Positions 38,101 through 50,934 of a DNA stretch of 64,000 bases are shown here, one piece after another. A program made the translations under genes and the position numbers. Positions within the stretch are counted from its first letter, which is position 1, and every line of letters begins with the position of its first letter. This DNA comes from Octopus vulgaris (Eukaryota): assembly GCA_951406725.2 (NCBI GenBank), contig OX597815.1, positions 187,550,001-187,614,000 on the forward strand, given 5' to 3'. Below the pieces are notes generated by a model, which made no database searches, had not been told where the DNA came from, and worked only from the letters and a program-made list of their open reading frames with translations.

Positions 38101-38190
38101 ATTGGCTGATGAGTGCTCAGCATTTTGAAACTGTTGTAATACTTACAACATTTAATAAAATGATGTAGTACGAAACGATTGTACCAAATT
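38101..38190 (+). ncRNA. Type I hammerhead ribozyme, core intact
   Basis: ttgg-CTGATGA-gtgct-cagcatttt...aaaatgatg-t-agtac-GAAAC-gatt-GTA-ccaa; helices I and II pair. Confidence 0.8.
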
Positions 38191-38214
38191 ACCGGAGTCA
38201 TTCTTGTTGCTTAT

Positions 38215-38265
<51 letters not shown>

Positions 38266-38585
38266 GTAAAATGGACTAATGAACCTAGGTAGCTATCTAG
38301 AAAGTATCTATTGGTTAAATGAACTTGGTTGACTCCATCAAACAATCAGATACCAATAAATTCAAATAAAATTAACACCCAAAATAATTCCTTGTATATG
38401 ATAAGTAAATCCAAATACTACTTAGTAGAATTTCAAGAAATCCGGAATATATAACAGTGAAAATAAGAACAGAAAATCAGATCTTTATTTCACGATTACA
38501 CCATACGTTACTGATGATTATTTCTGTTGTGTCAATATATTTAGATATAAAAAACAAAAAAAAAAAAAATGCGCAAAATTCTATT

Positions 38586-38819
38586 TAAACCAATATGTCT
38601 GGAAATTTATGCTAGCAGAATGTTATCAAGGTAATTTAAAACAGGTTAAATTCAAATTAAATACTAAACTAGTGTTACTTTGAAAATATATTCATCTTAA
38701 ACTTATTTTGTCTGTGTTCATATGTTATAGATACCGTTTCAGCTTGCTTTGAATTTAACCTGTTTTGGGTTAACTTGATAACATTGTGTTAACATAAATT
38801 TTCGGATGTATAGGTTTGA
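38586..38819. repeat. Inverted repeat (~70 bp arms, ~90 bp spacer)
   Basis: aaatttatgctagcagaatgttatcaag...acaggttaaattcaaa / tttgaatttaacctgt...cttgataacattgtgttaacataaattt. Confidence 0.75.
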
Positions 38820-38839
38820 CTGGTACTCTATATACAAAT

Positions 38840-39310
38840 GTATATGTCTTTGTGTCTGTGTTTGTTCCCCCCCTCCAACCACCACCACCGACCGCTTGAT
38901 AACCGATGTTGGTGTGTTTATGTCCCTGTAACTTAGCAAGAGATTGATAGAATAAGTACTCATTTCTTTACTACCCACAAGGGGTTAAACACAGAGGGGA
39001 CAAACAAGGACAGACAAACGGATTAAGTCGATTACATCGACCCCTGTGCGTAACTGGTACTTAATTTATCAACCCCGAAAGGATGAAAGGCAAAGTCGAC
39101 CTCGGCGGAATTTGAACTCAGAACGTAGCGGCAGACGAAATACAGCTACGCATTTCGCCCGGTGTGCTAACGTTTCTGCCAGCTCGCCGCCTTTGATAGA
39201 ATAAGTACTAGGCTTACAAAGAATATGTCCTGGGGTCGATTTCTTCGACTAAAAGGTGGTGCTCCAGCATGGCCACAATCAAATGACAGAAACAAATACA
39301 AGTAAAGAAT
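38840..39310 (+). mobile_element. SINE B 3' half with an antisense SINE A inserted (38962-39193)
   Basis: TSD ttgatagaataagtact on both sides of the A copy. Confidence 0.88.
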
Positions 39311-39367
39311 ATGAGAATATGCCCATATATAGATATATTTATACCTGAACATATCTAAGTATAATTC

Positions 39368-39745
39368 TTTCTATTAAAAGCACAAGGCCAGAAATTTGAG
39401 GGAAGGGGACTAGTTGATTACATCGACCCCAGTATGTAACTGGCACTTAATTTATTGACCCCCAAAAGGATGAAAGCAAAGTCGACCTTGGCATAACATA
39501 AAAATATAATGGTATATGTAATAGTAGTCTCAAATTTTTGGCATAAGACCAGCAATTTCAGGAGAGCGGGGTAAGTCAATTCTATTGACCCCAGTGTTCA
39601 TCTGGTTCTTATTTTATTGTCCCCAAAAGATGAAAGGCAAAGTTGACCTCGGCAGAATTTGAACTCACAACGTAAGTAAGGGCAGACAAAATGCTGCTAA
39701 GCATTTTCCCCAGCCTGCTAGCAATTCTGTCTGCTCACTGCCTTA
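39368..39745 (-). mobile_element. Two SINE family A copies (~39368-39494, 39530-39745)
   Basis: gaccccagt...gatgaaaggcaaagt motifs. Confidence 0.8.
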
Positions 39746-39749
39746 TATT

Positions 39750-40151
39750 CTCTTATTCTTTTATATTTCAGTCATTTGACTGTGGCCATGCTGGAGCACC
39801 GCCTTTAGTTGAGCAAATCGACCCCAGGACTTATTCTTTGTAAGCCTAGTACTTATTCTTTGGGTCCCTTTTGCTGAACCACTAAGTGACAGGGACGTAA
39901 GCACACCAGCATCAGTTGTCAAGCGATGTTGGAGGAATAAACACAGACACAAACATACACACACACATATATATACATATATATATACGACGAGCTTCTT
40001 TCAATTTCCATCTACCAAATTCACTCACAAGGCTTTGGTTGGCCCGAGGTTATAGTAGAAGACACTTGCCCAAGGTGCCATGCAGTCGGACTGAACCTGG
40101 AATCATGTGGTTGGTAAGCAAGCTTCTTACCACACAGCCACTCCTACACCA
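39750..40151 (-). mobile_element. SINE family B
   Basis: Full-length match. Confidence 0.9.
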
Positions 40152-40164
40152 TTGTTTATTTTGT

Positions 40165-40419
40165 ATGATGTTTTTCAACCCCTTTTTGAGCTATGGAACC
40201 CTTTGCTTCCTCTTTTACTCTATTGGACCCTCATAACCATTCCATGTTTTAAAAAATCCTATAATATTTTTATGATTAAACATTATTAGGAGTTGTATAA
40301 AAAATTGATGAAATATTTTGTTTATTGCAGAAGTATTACCAATTTGTTACACATAAATTTTAACAACAAAATCTTAAGTGGACCCCCCAAAGGTCATGTG
40401 GATCCTGGTGAGAACCACA
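40165..40419. mobile_element. hAT-like MITE (cagtggttctcaa family)
   Basis: Ends gagaaccac; reverse-complement similarity to 53093-53606. Confidence 0.6.
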
Positions 40420-40427
40420 ATTTAGAC

Positions 40428-40596
40428 CAGGGGTCTCCAAAGTGGTCGATATTGACTCCTGGGGGTCTATGGGACTATAAATGCACATCTACTTAATTAT
40501 TATTATTTATTTATTTTCTTGCACATGCCTGGGAGCTGATGATGAGTCCAGGATTCCCTGAAGGGGTCGATGGTCTAAAAAGTTTGGGAACCCCTG
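40428..40596. mobile_element. hAT MITE
   Basis: TIR caggggtctccaaa / tttgggaacccctg; 8 bp TSD atttagac / atttacac. Confidence 0.85.
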
Positions 40597-41101
40597 ATTT
40601 ACACTGTCTCTAGAAAACTTGAAAGTCTAGAAATCCTGGACATTTCCAGGCTTGTTAGACACTGAATGTGTGTGTGTGTGTGTGTTTGTATGTATGCGTG
40701 TGTGTATGTATGTATGTATGCGTGTGTGTATGTATGTATTCATGTGTGTATGTGTGTAATGTACATATGTAAGTTTACACTCACACGCACATTTATAGAA
40801 ATATATGTAATTGAACGTATCTATACATATACAGATTAGGGTTAGGGTATATAAAAAATATATACTTATACTTGCATATATATATTCATATATATATGTA
40901 TTCCTTTGTGTGTGTGCATGTATAGCATTTATGTCCATATGTATATCTGTATATACGCACACACATGGTGCTCCAGCATGACCACAGCTTTAAAGTTGAA
41001 ACGAGTTATAATTATATATATATATATATATCGTATTTATATACATACAGAGGTGGGTATATATTTATGTATATACATATACATCAAATCCCTTGTATAT
41101 G

Positions 41102-41135
<34 letters not shown>

Positions 41136-41298
41136 TGCATATATACACGCACACACGTATATACATGTCTGTGCACCCATCTACATATATAGATGCGCAC
41201 ATACATACACTGACACAAATATATATGTATACACGTACGTTTATTATTCACATTTATATTAGGCTATTTTTATATATACTCATCTGTATATAATTATC

Positions 41299-41377
<79 letters not shown>

Positions 41378-41412
41378 CACCTGTCTTCGTCTTGTTTTTT
41401 TCATGAGTTCTC

Positions 41413-41443
<31 letters not shown>

Positions 41444-41517
41444 ACGTATATAGATATATATAGATATATACAACGTATATATACATATATATATATATAT
41501 ATACGTATATATATATA

Positions 41518-41551
<34 letters not shown>

Positions 41552-41635
41552 ACGTATATATATATATATATATATTTATTTATATATATATATATATATA
41601 ACGTGCGTGTTTGTGTGGTAATCAAATTTATATAC

Positions 41636-41666
<31 letters not shown>

Positions 41667-41898
41667 ACGTGCGTGTTTGTGTGGTAATCAAATTTATATA
41701 CATTTATTTATACACACACACATACACCCACATAAATTCATACATGTCTGTGTGCGTGCATGCGTGTGTATGTATGTATGTGTGTGTGTGTGTGTTGTTG
41801 TTGTGGCCGAGTTGTGAAAAGGTCTCGCCATGTGGTCGACCCAGTGTTTGGCATATCGCCTTGTCTTCTTCTATCATCATATCCTGAAGTTGACTCAA

Positions 41899-42122
41899 TT
41901 ATTTGTCAGTGAAATCACGTCGGGAAGGAATATGTGTGTGGTAACTGGAAAAAGAATGACTGTTAGCGAACGAATCAGTGTGAATGACCCCTGCCGGAGG
42001 ATTACGTAAACTTTTCATCGTTTCTGTGGAATATTCAACCGTTACTGCTTTTGATTTGATGAAGATGTTGACTTGTTTGATGGAATAAGCTAGAGTGCCT
42101 GGCGTTGACGTTCGACGGAGAT
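41899..42122 (-). other. Candidate coding exon of an unrecognised gene
   Basis: Frame opens at a CAG (weak pyrimidine tract); 73 codons [17 protein letters not shown]...RRDFTDK*; CpG-rich non-repeat sequence; no homology recognised. Confidence 0.25.
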
Positions 42123-42206
42123 CTGTTTACGATTTACATGTATTTACAAGCACGCACATACATGTACGTGTATATACATTTACTAACACACACATACACA
42201 CGGAAA

Positions 42207-42582
42207 TCTATCTAATCTGTCTATCTATTTATCTCTCTCTCTCTATCTGTCTATCTTTCTATCTATCAGTATATCTATTTGTCTATCTATCTATCTATCA
42301 GTCTATTTCTCTCTCTCTATCTATCTATCTATCTGTCTATCTATCTGTCTCTCTCTCTCTCTGTCTATCTATCTATCTATTTGTCTCTCTCTCTATCTAT
42401 CTATCTATCTATCTATCTGTCTGTCTGTCTATCTATCCGTCTATCTATCAGTTTATCTATTTGTCTATTTATCTATCTCTCTATCTGTCTCAGTCTCTCT
42501 CTCTGTATTTATCTGTCTGTCTATCTATCTATCATCTCTCTCTCTATTCATCCGTCCAAACGTCTCTCTCTCTCTCTCTCTC
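42207..42582. repeat. (TCTA)n/(TC)n compound microsatellite
   Basis: Seen directly. Confidence 0.95.
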
Positions 42583-43964
42583 GATCTGTTTACACATATA
42601 TGTAACATTTGCGTGCGTATTTGTAATTTGATGTATATAGTTTGTATATACGTATCTATCTATCTATCTATGTATGTGTGTGTATCGTGTTTATATTGTA
42701 TTTCACAACTTTCTACCTACGTAGTCCTATGCTATTTCATAACAACGCACCGTTAGTCACTCCATCTCGTTTCTTCAAAATTGACAGAATATCTATATTT
42801 TTTTCCCTATGTATAATTGAAATATAATCAATAGAAAATAAAAAGAAAAAGAAGACGATTTCAACTTCCGAAATTGAATTTGTTGCATTAGATATCTTAT
42901 GTTGTTTAATACAAACTACTTGGGTTTTTAATAATTCTTCTCTATATCATCGCCTCGTCTTTTCAAGTGGTTGCACTCTCTCGTCCGCACATCTTCACTC
43001 ACACACGATCCGTTATTTATTTATTTACCAAGTTGATATAAGCAGTTTTGTTTTTCACTTGTAAAGTAATTTAATTCAAACCTCTTAAAAGTAAGTGATA
43101 AAAAAAGAAGAGAAAAAAAAATTAGCGAGTGGGCCAAATATCACGCACAGAATATATAAGTTCAATACGTTCCGAAATTGTCAAAGACCTGCCTTCAATT
43201 TTTCTAAAATTGAATAAAAGAAAATAGATAAAATAATAACGAATACACACGTTCTTTCACATGATGAACAAAATGAATAATAATGATAATAATAATCACA
43301 GTATAAATAAAATGTCAAATGTTTTGGTGCGTGACTTTTGGCCCACCTAGTATAAAGCAGCTGTATTTAAAGAAAAAACAAAAACAAAAATGTATATTAC
43401 TTTATTTAGATAAGCTTATATTTTATCCGTTTCGAAGAATCGAATCGCTCAGAATTAAAAATATTCTTCTAAAGGCTGCCAACTGGGCACAAAAGAACTT
43501 ATTGTAAATATGAAAGGAAAATGCACCGACTTTTTTCTTCTTCTTCTTCTTTATTTTGTCCTTTCATTCTTTGTTTTTTTTTTGGGTGAATGCATGCTTT
43601 CCTTAAATTCCTTCTCTCTCTCTTTCTTTTTTTTTTTCTTTCTCTCTCTCTCTCTCGTGTTAAAAGCTTCTGCACAATTTGTGAATTATCTAGTTTGTTA
43701 CTTGCCAATAATAGCAGTAGTCAACTTCAAACGTCAAAAATCTCACCAGCAACGAAAAGAAACGAAGTACTTAAAAAGAAATATGGCATAGAAAAAAATA
43801 AATAAATAAACAAAATAAAAAATTTGAAAAAACCTGCTGGTAAAATTGTGTATTTGCATACTTCTGTATATAATATAGACCGTGCACACACGCACCCTTA
43901 TATATGTATATATGTGTGTGTGTGTATGTATATGTATGTATATATATGACTGAAACAAGTAAAA

Positions 43965-44003
<39 letters not shown>

Positions 44004-44089
44004 TATACATACATACACGTGTGTGTGTATTCATCTATAATTATAGATTAGTTGGTATTTGTATATTTGTGTGTGTGTATGTATGTGTG

Positions 44090-44122
<33 letters not shown>

Positions 44123-44179
44123 ACACACACATACATATGTGTGTATATATATATACACACACATACATATGTGTGTATG

Positions 44180-44210
<31 letters not shown>

Positions 44211-44927
44211 TCACACATACGTGTGTATATATATATATATTATTTAAGAAGATACGTTATCAGTGAGGTATAGATATAAAATGTAAAAATAACAACAAAA
44301 CAACCTTATATAAAAATGGCCTATTCGTTTATCAACTTATTTTATTTACTTATACATAATTATTTATTTATCCTGAAGTCCATAATATGAGAAATAACAC
44401 ATTTAATACTGCACTGTACTGTACTGTACTGTACTTCTTCTCTTTATTTATCAATTTATTTAAGTTTGATTTTATTGTACTTTATTTCGCTTGTTTTCGA
44501 GCCTCACCACACACACACACACACTACTCCTTGGATGCCAGTTAGTTGTTGTTTGCATTCGTCAAGCTTCGTACATATACATACATACACGGTGGGTTTG
44601 TCATCACAAGACAATTGGTAGAGGTCGAAACGTAATCAACAACAGAACGGGGGAGGAAATAAAATAGTTGTATCACAAGCTTCGAAAAAGGGAAAACATG
44701 TAATTAAATAGAGATATAATCTTGTTTTATTTTTCTTTTCCTTTCTGTCTTTCTGTTTTCGTTATATATTTTATCAGGGATTCGCGCACCGGCTTCTATT
44801 AACACACTTTTCTCTTTCTTTCTCTCTCTCTCTCTCTCCTCTTTTTCTTTTCTTGCTCTGTATTCGTTCGTGGTATTGTTGTTTATTGTTTTTCATGACA
44901 ATAAGAACTGTTCTCTCATTTTCTCAC

Positions 44928-44967
44928 CGTTTATAAAATCCATTATGTGTATTTGACAGCTAAAGTC
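44928..44967 (-). other. Candidate 40-nt exon
   Basis: cttttctttttgttcAG|gactttagc...ataaacg|GTGAGA; open as [13 protein letters not shown]. Confidence 0.35.
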
Positions 44968-45038
44968 CTGAACAAAAAGAAAAGCAAGCTCGGTGTAACA
45001 ATATACATACATATATATATATATATATGTGTGTGTGT

Positions 45039-45126
<88 letters not shown>

Positions 45127-46619
45127 ACACGGCGTGTAAGCATGCTGTAAGCGAGACGTTTTTTGCTGTGAAACATGTTGAAAAACTATCTAGCAGTCTC
45201 TCATATTTTGAAAGAAGGAGAAAAATAATAATCAAAAACAAATACCTAAGAAAGAAAAAATAAAAATAAAAACAAATAAAAAAATGAATTTCTTAAAGAC
45301 AACAAAATAACCGTTTGTCGACTGGAGACAGCTAGTGTTGTTATTTAAACAGACCGCTGGTAAGAAGCGAGTGTCATTGGCACAAAAGTGGCAGTTGTGA
45401 AGGCATATTTCTGAATACATAAATGAATTGATTTCTCACCTTATGATTACACCGCATTGCTGTGCTTTTTTTAATAAGAGATCAAGAAAAGAAAACAGTT
45501 AAAGTAGAGAACTGGGAACCCAGTAAGATGATTTGTTCATAAATAGCTTATTTCGCGAGGTTTTTTGTCATACATACATACTACTACATGCATACATATA
45601 GATACATAGATTTCGCGTTGAGAGATGTAATAGATATACACACACACACACACACGCATGTATGGATTTCGAAAATTATTTGTAAATATCAGGAATATTT
45701 TTCCTAATTAGCAAGTGTTTTACGTGGAAACCAGCAATGATATATCGTGTGTGTGTGTGTATGTATGTATGTATGTATATATTTATGTATGTATGTATGG
45801 ATAACGTAATGTAGTAATAACAAACACGTGTACAAATGATTTTAATATTGTTTGGAACATAACATGAAGCAATTTAGAACTTAATTCTTCATTGGATTAC
45901 GCAATTAAAAATGTAAAAAAAAAAAAAGCGATTCATTAAATCGTATAATTTACCTACAAAAACAAAAAAAAAATTTTGAATATATATATATATTTTTTTT
46001 AAAATTTGAAATTATTAAAGATAAACACAAATAAATATCGTACTTTTGAAGTGTTTCCTCTTTTTATTTAATTTCCAAGAAAACATTTTGAAGCGATGTT
46101 TTTCGAATATATTTAGTCTGTATGGAATCTTTTGACAATTTTAATTTTCTACAAATCCATGTTACACCTGTTCACTCCCTCTTCTAGTATAGAACCTCCT
46201 TTTCGTCTTTTATACTTTGAACCACCTTATGAATGAAACTGGACCAAATGAGGCGATCTCATTAATATAAGTGCTAATTACCATATATATCGGGACCTAT
46301 ATATATATATATAATGTGAGCGCTCGCGCTTTTACAGTTGGCAAAGATAGCGATAGGAAACGTAAATTGAAGGAACCTATATTTAATCAATTTTGTTTAC
46401 AAGTTGGTTGAAAGGCATTGCAATTTTTTGAAAGTGGACCTCTAATTTTTTCGCAAAATATTTCACACATACATACACACAATATACAAAATAATAAATA
46501 ATAATAATAATAATAATAAAACTTTACAGCTTTGCGGGTGCATGCAAGCAACAAACAATCACAAACACACGATCACTCACGGATACGTATGTGTGTGTGT
46601 GTTTGTGTTTGTGTGTGCA

Positions 46620-47058
46620 GTGGTGTTAGAATTTCGTGCAATATGTAATATTTTTAGTTGTATTGATTGATCTGCGCCGCCACAACCGGTGAGATGGAAG
46701 CAAAGAAGGCATCAGAATGAAGAGAGAGAGTAACAATGGGTGTTGATATTGATTGTCAAACTTGTTCACACACACACACATACATACACGCACAAACACA
46801 CACACACGCACCGACCGCTGACACGCTGTAGGAGGCGGGGCTTCAATTCCCTCCTCTTTGTTCCTCTTTGCTCTTTCTATCCTGTTATTTTATGCCATGT
46901 GGCACGGTTAGCATATTTTAAACATTTATTATTTTATATAATTAGTCGCTTCTTTTTTTTTTTTTCAAATGTATACATTTTTTTTTCCTATTCCACCTCA
47001 CCTTTCTTATTGTACAAATCGCTTCACATATATGTGCGTACATACATATATATATATG

Positions 47059-47109
<51 letters not shown>

Positions 47110-47187
47110 ATATATATATGAATTTAACAGTGTGTGTATATATATATATATATATATGTATGTATATATATATATATGAATTTAACA

Positions 47188-47227
<40 letters not shown>

Positions 47228-47465
47228 ATATATATGTATGAATTTAACAGTGTGTGTATATATATATATATATATATGTATGTATATATATATGTATGAA
47301 TTTAACAGTGTGTGTTTATATATATATATATGTATGTATATATATTTATATATATATATATATATATATGAATTTAACAGTGTGTATATATATATATGAA
47401 TTTAACAGTGTATATATATATATATATGTATATATGTATATATATATATATATATGAATTTAACA

Positions 47466-47497
<32 letters not shown>

Positions 47498-47586
47498 GAA
47501 TTTAACAATGTGTACATATATATATATATATATATGTGTGTGTACATATACATATATGAATTTAACAGTGTGTGTGTATATATATA

Positions 47587-47650
<64 letters not shown>

Positions 47651-47692
47651 AAATTCATACTGTTAAATTCTATTTTGGGGTTTCATTAGATT

Positions 47693-47727
<35 letters not shown>

Positions 47728-48250
47728 AAAGAAACAATAAAGAGAAGAATTCCTGTTACGTTTTTGATATTTATATGCACTATTAAAAATGAAAAGGTTT
47801 CGAGTTATTGTCGATGATGTATATGGCTGTGTTTGTACTTGGAGATTGTTATGTTAACAACTGATGTCAGTCAGCTATCCTGTTTTATCGATGATTGGCA
47901 AGGATGCTACAAAAGCGAAAATATTCTTACTATTGAGTCCGTTAAACAATATTTTAATATCATACAGAGAGAGAGAGAAGAGAAGAAAGAAAGAGAGAGA
48001 GAGAGTAGTGAGGGAGAGGGAAGAGCGGCAGGAGTAGGAGGCGCAGTGCGCTTTACGTATGTTCGTGCGTGTAAATTATGGTTAGTTACAACGTGTGAAG
48101 TGTCATAGTTGTTGCTGGCGTTATTGAGTCAATCCACTTCTGCTGATTTTATTTACACTATCTGCTTGTTTAGTGGGCATAAACTGAAACAGTACAACTA
48201 TCTTGGTGTGGTTTATCGGACACATATAATAATAAATATATATATGAACA
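46620..48250. promoter_or_regulatory. Putative divergent promoter region
   Basis: CpG-retaining and SINE-free; GC box gaggcgggg at ~46832; gcgcagtgcgc at ~48041; minus-strand splice donors to the left and a plus-strand GAG|GTAAAT at 48801. Confidence 0.4.
47118..47670. repeat. Minisatellite: 9 x tgaatttaacagtg in (TA)/(TG) spacers, plus one inverted unit
   Basis: Units at 47120, 47178, 47240, 47298, 47370, 47398, 47456, 47498, 47558; actgttaaattc at 47659-47670. Confidence 0.9.
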
Positions 48251-50068
48251 CTGTCTCTGTGGTTGAATTGTTTATCGGGGCAGCAACGAAAAAGAAAATA
48301 GTGGCATTAGGTTGTAAGCTATATATATATATATATATATATATAATAATAATAAGCATTCCAAATGTGCTTTCTTATTAGATAGCATATACAAATTATA
48401 CAAAATTATACACTTATATTATTTGTATACTTCGAAGAAATCTGTAGTCTTCATACAGACAAAATGCTATGATTGCGTGTGTGCTTGTGTGATTGTTATT
48501 TTGGTTTTTCAATTTAGCGATTTTAGCTGCTAGTATTTATTATTTTGTTCTGAAAGATTTATAAAAGATTTGATGGCAATTTCGAAAACTTTGTGAACTA
48601 GTAGTAAAATGTTTGTTTTATTAATTTGCTGCTTGTGTGTGTTGGAATAAATAAAGTACAGTTAACAGCGTAAGGTGATCGTTTTTCAGCAAGTGCGCTG
48701 CTTGTGGTTTATAGAATGCTTTATGTGAAAACCTAGAAGTTATTCATTTGACATTCTACACGAAATACTAGATTACTTTGGTCTGAGAGGAACCGTCTGA
48801 GGTAAATGACACTTATTAGTAGAGTACAGGCAATCGTTTGCAACGAAGAAGAAGAAGAAAACTGTTTTTCTTCTCGAAGAAATTCAACTCTGAAACACGC
48901 ACAAAATCAAATATGAATAAAATTTGTTTACAGGGCGTTTATTAAGTTAGAAATCATTATTTATTCTTCCTTTAATTTCATTCCTATTTTCTTTGATTCT
49001 TATCGTTTCATATAATTGTTTATAATTCTCTCTCACTTTTGAAAACTTCGTTGAATCTTGAGTCTTCTTTCTCCGCCACTTAATAATATTTCCTTCGTAA
49101 TTCAAGATACACGAGTTGACAACATTCGACGGAGAAGCAACGAACACACACACACACGATTTAGTGAAAACTGCTATTCGCTTTTATATTTTTTTTTAAT
49201 ATTACACTTTCACGCATGCATCGAAAGAGAGAGACAGAGACAGATATATATATATGTATATACATGGAGGGTTTTGTTACTCTATTCCTTTTTATGTTGT
49301 GTGTCTCATTGTGTCAATCAGGCAGATGTTAACGCAGGAAAAAAATATGCAACCAGCTGGTCAGTGCTTTATGTCACAACGGGGAATCTGTCGTACATGT
49401 AAGCTGTCTTAAGCTAGATTTCAACGGACTCGGCTGGTGGGGGCGGTGGTGATGGAGAGAGTGATCTGCTCTCCCCCACCCCCGCCGCCGCCGCCGCCTA
49501 CTTTTCTTTATATCTTCCAAACGAATGAAAGATTATCTTTTTCTTTCTCAGGTAATAAAATACCAATGATTCCTTTCTAGAGATTAAAATAATAATAATA
49601 ATACTAATAATAAAAAGCGCACACAATAAAGGTTTGTTTCAAATGTAAACTTCTTTAGTACTTATATATTCCCGTATATATTAAACAAGTTCTGGTTTTT
49701 TTTAATTACATGTTAATAGCTTTTAATTTTTTTTTTTTTTTTTTTTCAAATATCGTTAAGAGATATAAGAAAGAAAAAGATTGAAGCTTTTATAAATATG
49801 ATGAAAACCAGTTTTATATTGGAAAATAAAACAGAAATCTTAATTTTATTTTTACTGAAGCAAAGAAAAAATTCCAGTTAAAAATTGCTTGTTTTGAATT
49901 TATTTATTTTTTCATTTATTGAAAAAGAAGTATTCTGAGAATATGGTAAATGACTAAGCAAAAAGGGAGAAAAAGGAAAGAAAAACAAACAAACAACAAA
50001 AGTGTAATTTCAATAATTGAATGGTATTTCATTAAAACAGATTTTTAAGGTTTGCAAAATATAAAATA

Positions 50069-50446
50069 CCAGCTGTTGGACCTGGCGTTGCTCATGTTTT
50101 CCATGTTGAAGTTAAGCCCACCTCTGGCCTTGTATTGAAATCTTCTATGTTCCCCCCGTGCCAACTATTACCCTTTAAGATGTTATATCTGGTTCGAAAA
50201 AATGCAAAAAACTGCAGGAAAAAATAACATCATTATGGGAATTTCCATTCAAACACGTGATTGAACTCATTAAAATCAATGCCAACTGAGCATTATTGAG
50301 TTTTTCGAAAAATTCTGGCCTTATTTGAACTTCAGGGTAAGTGATCTACCTATGTTCCGAAAATCATTAAAATTGGTTGGATGGTGTGGGAGGAGTTAAA
50401 GTAACCCCCAAACACACAGACACCATTATATATTTATGTATATAGA
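50069..50446 (-). mobile_element. Non-autonomous Helitron, second family
   Basis: Reverse complement begins A|TCTATATA and ends gagcaacgccaggtccaacagCTGG|T. Confidence 0.65.
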
Positions 50447-50479
50447 TTATTTTAGCAGATATTTGATAAAATAATAATC

Positions 50480-50912
50480 TTTTCTACTATAAGGCACAAG
50501 GCCTGAAATTATTATTTTGGGGGTGGGATTGTCAGTTACCCAGTGTTCAACTGGTACCCCCTTTTTTTTTTTTTTTTTTTACCAATCTGAAATGGTGAAA
50601 GACAAAGTCAGCCTTTGAGGGATTTGAACTCAGTACATAAGAGAGAGAGAGGAAATGCTGCTCATCTTTCTGCGAGCTCCCTGCCTTACCAAATAATTAT
50701 TTCTACTCTAGGCACAAGGCCTGGAAAAATTTGGTGGGGGAAGGGGCTAGTCGATTATATTGACTCCAGTGCATAACTGGTACTTATTTCATCAACCCCG
50801 AAAGGATTAAAGTCGACCTCGGTGAAATTTGAACTCAGAACGTAGTGGCAGATGAAATACTACTTAGCAGTTTTCCCGGCATGCTAACAATTCTGCCAGC
50901 TTGCTGCCTTTG
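50480..50912 (-). mobile_element. Two SINE family A copies
   Basis: ggcacaaggcctg...gaactcag...ctgccagc, twice. Confidence 0.8.
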
Positions 50913-50934
50913 CCTTACCAAATAATAAAATCTG

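Noticed and set aside
38511-38530. ctgatga motif
   Set aside because: No helix II or GAAA partner found downstream
42095-42631. 178-aa LSIY-repeat ORF
   Set aside because: (TCTA)n microsatellite
47118-47570. CRISPR-like repeat-spacer pattern
   Set aside because: Repeat is only ~13 nt, spacers are dinucleotide runs, the context is eukaryotic and there are no cas genes
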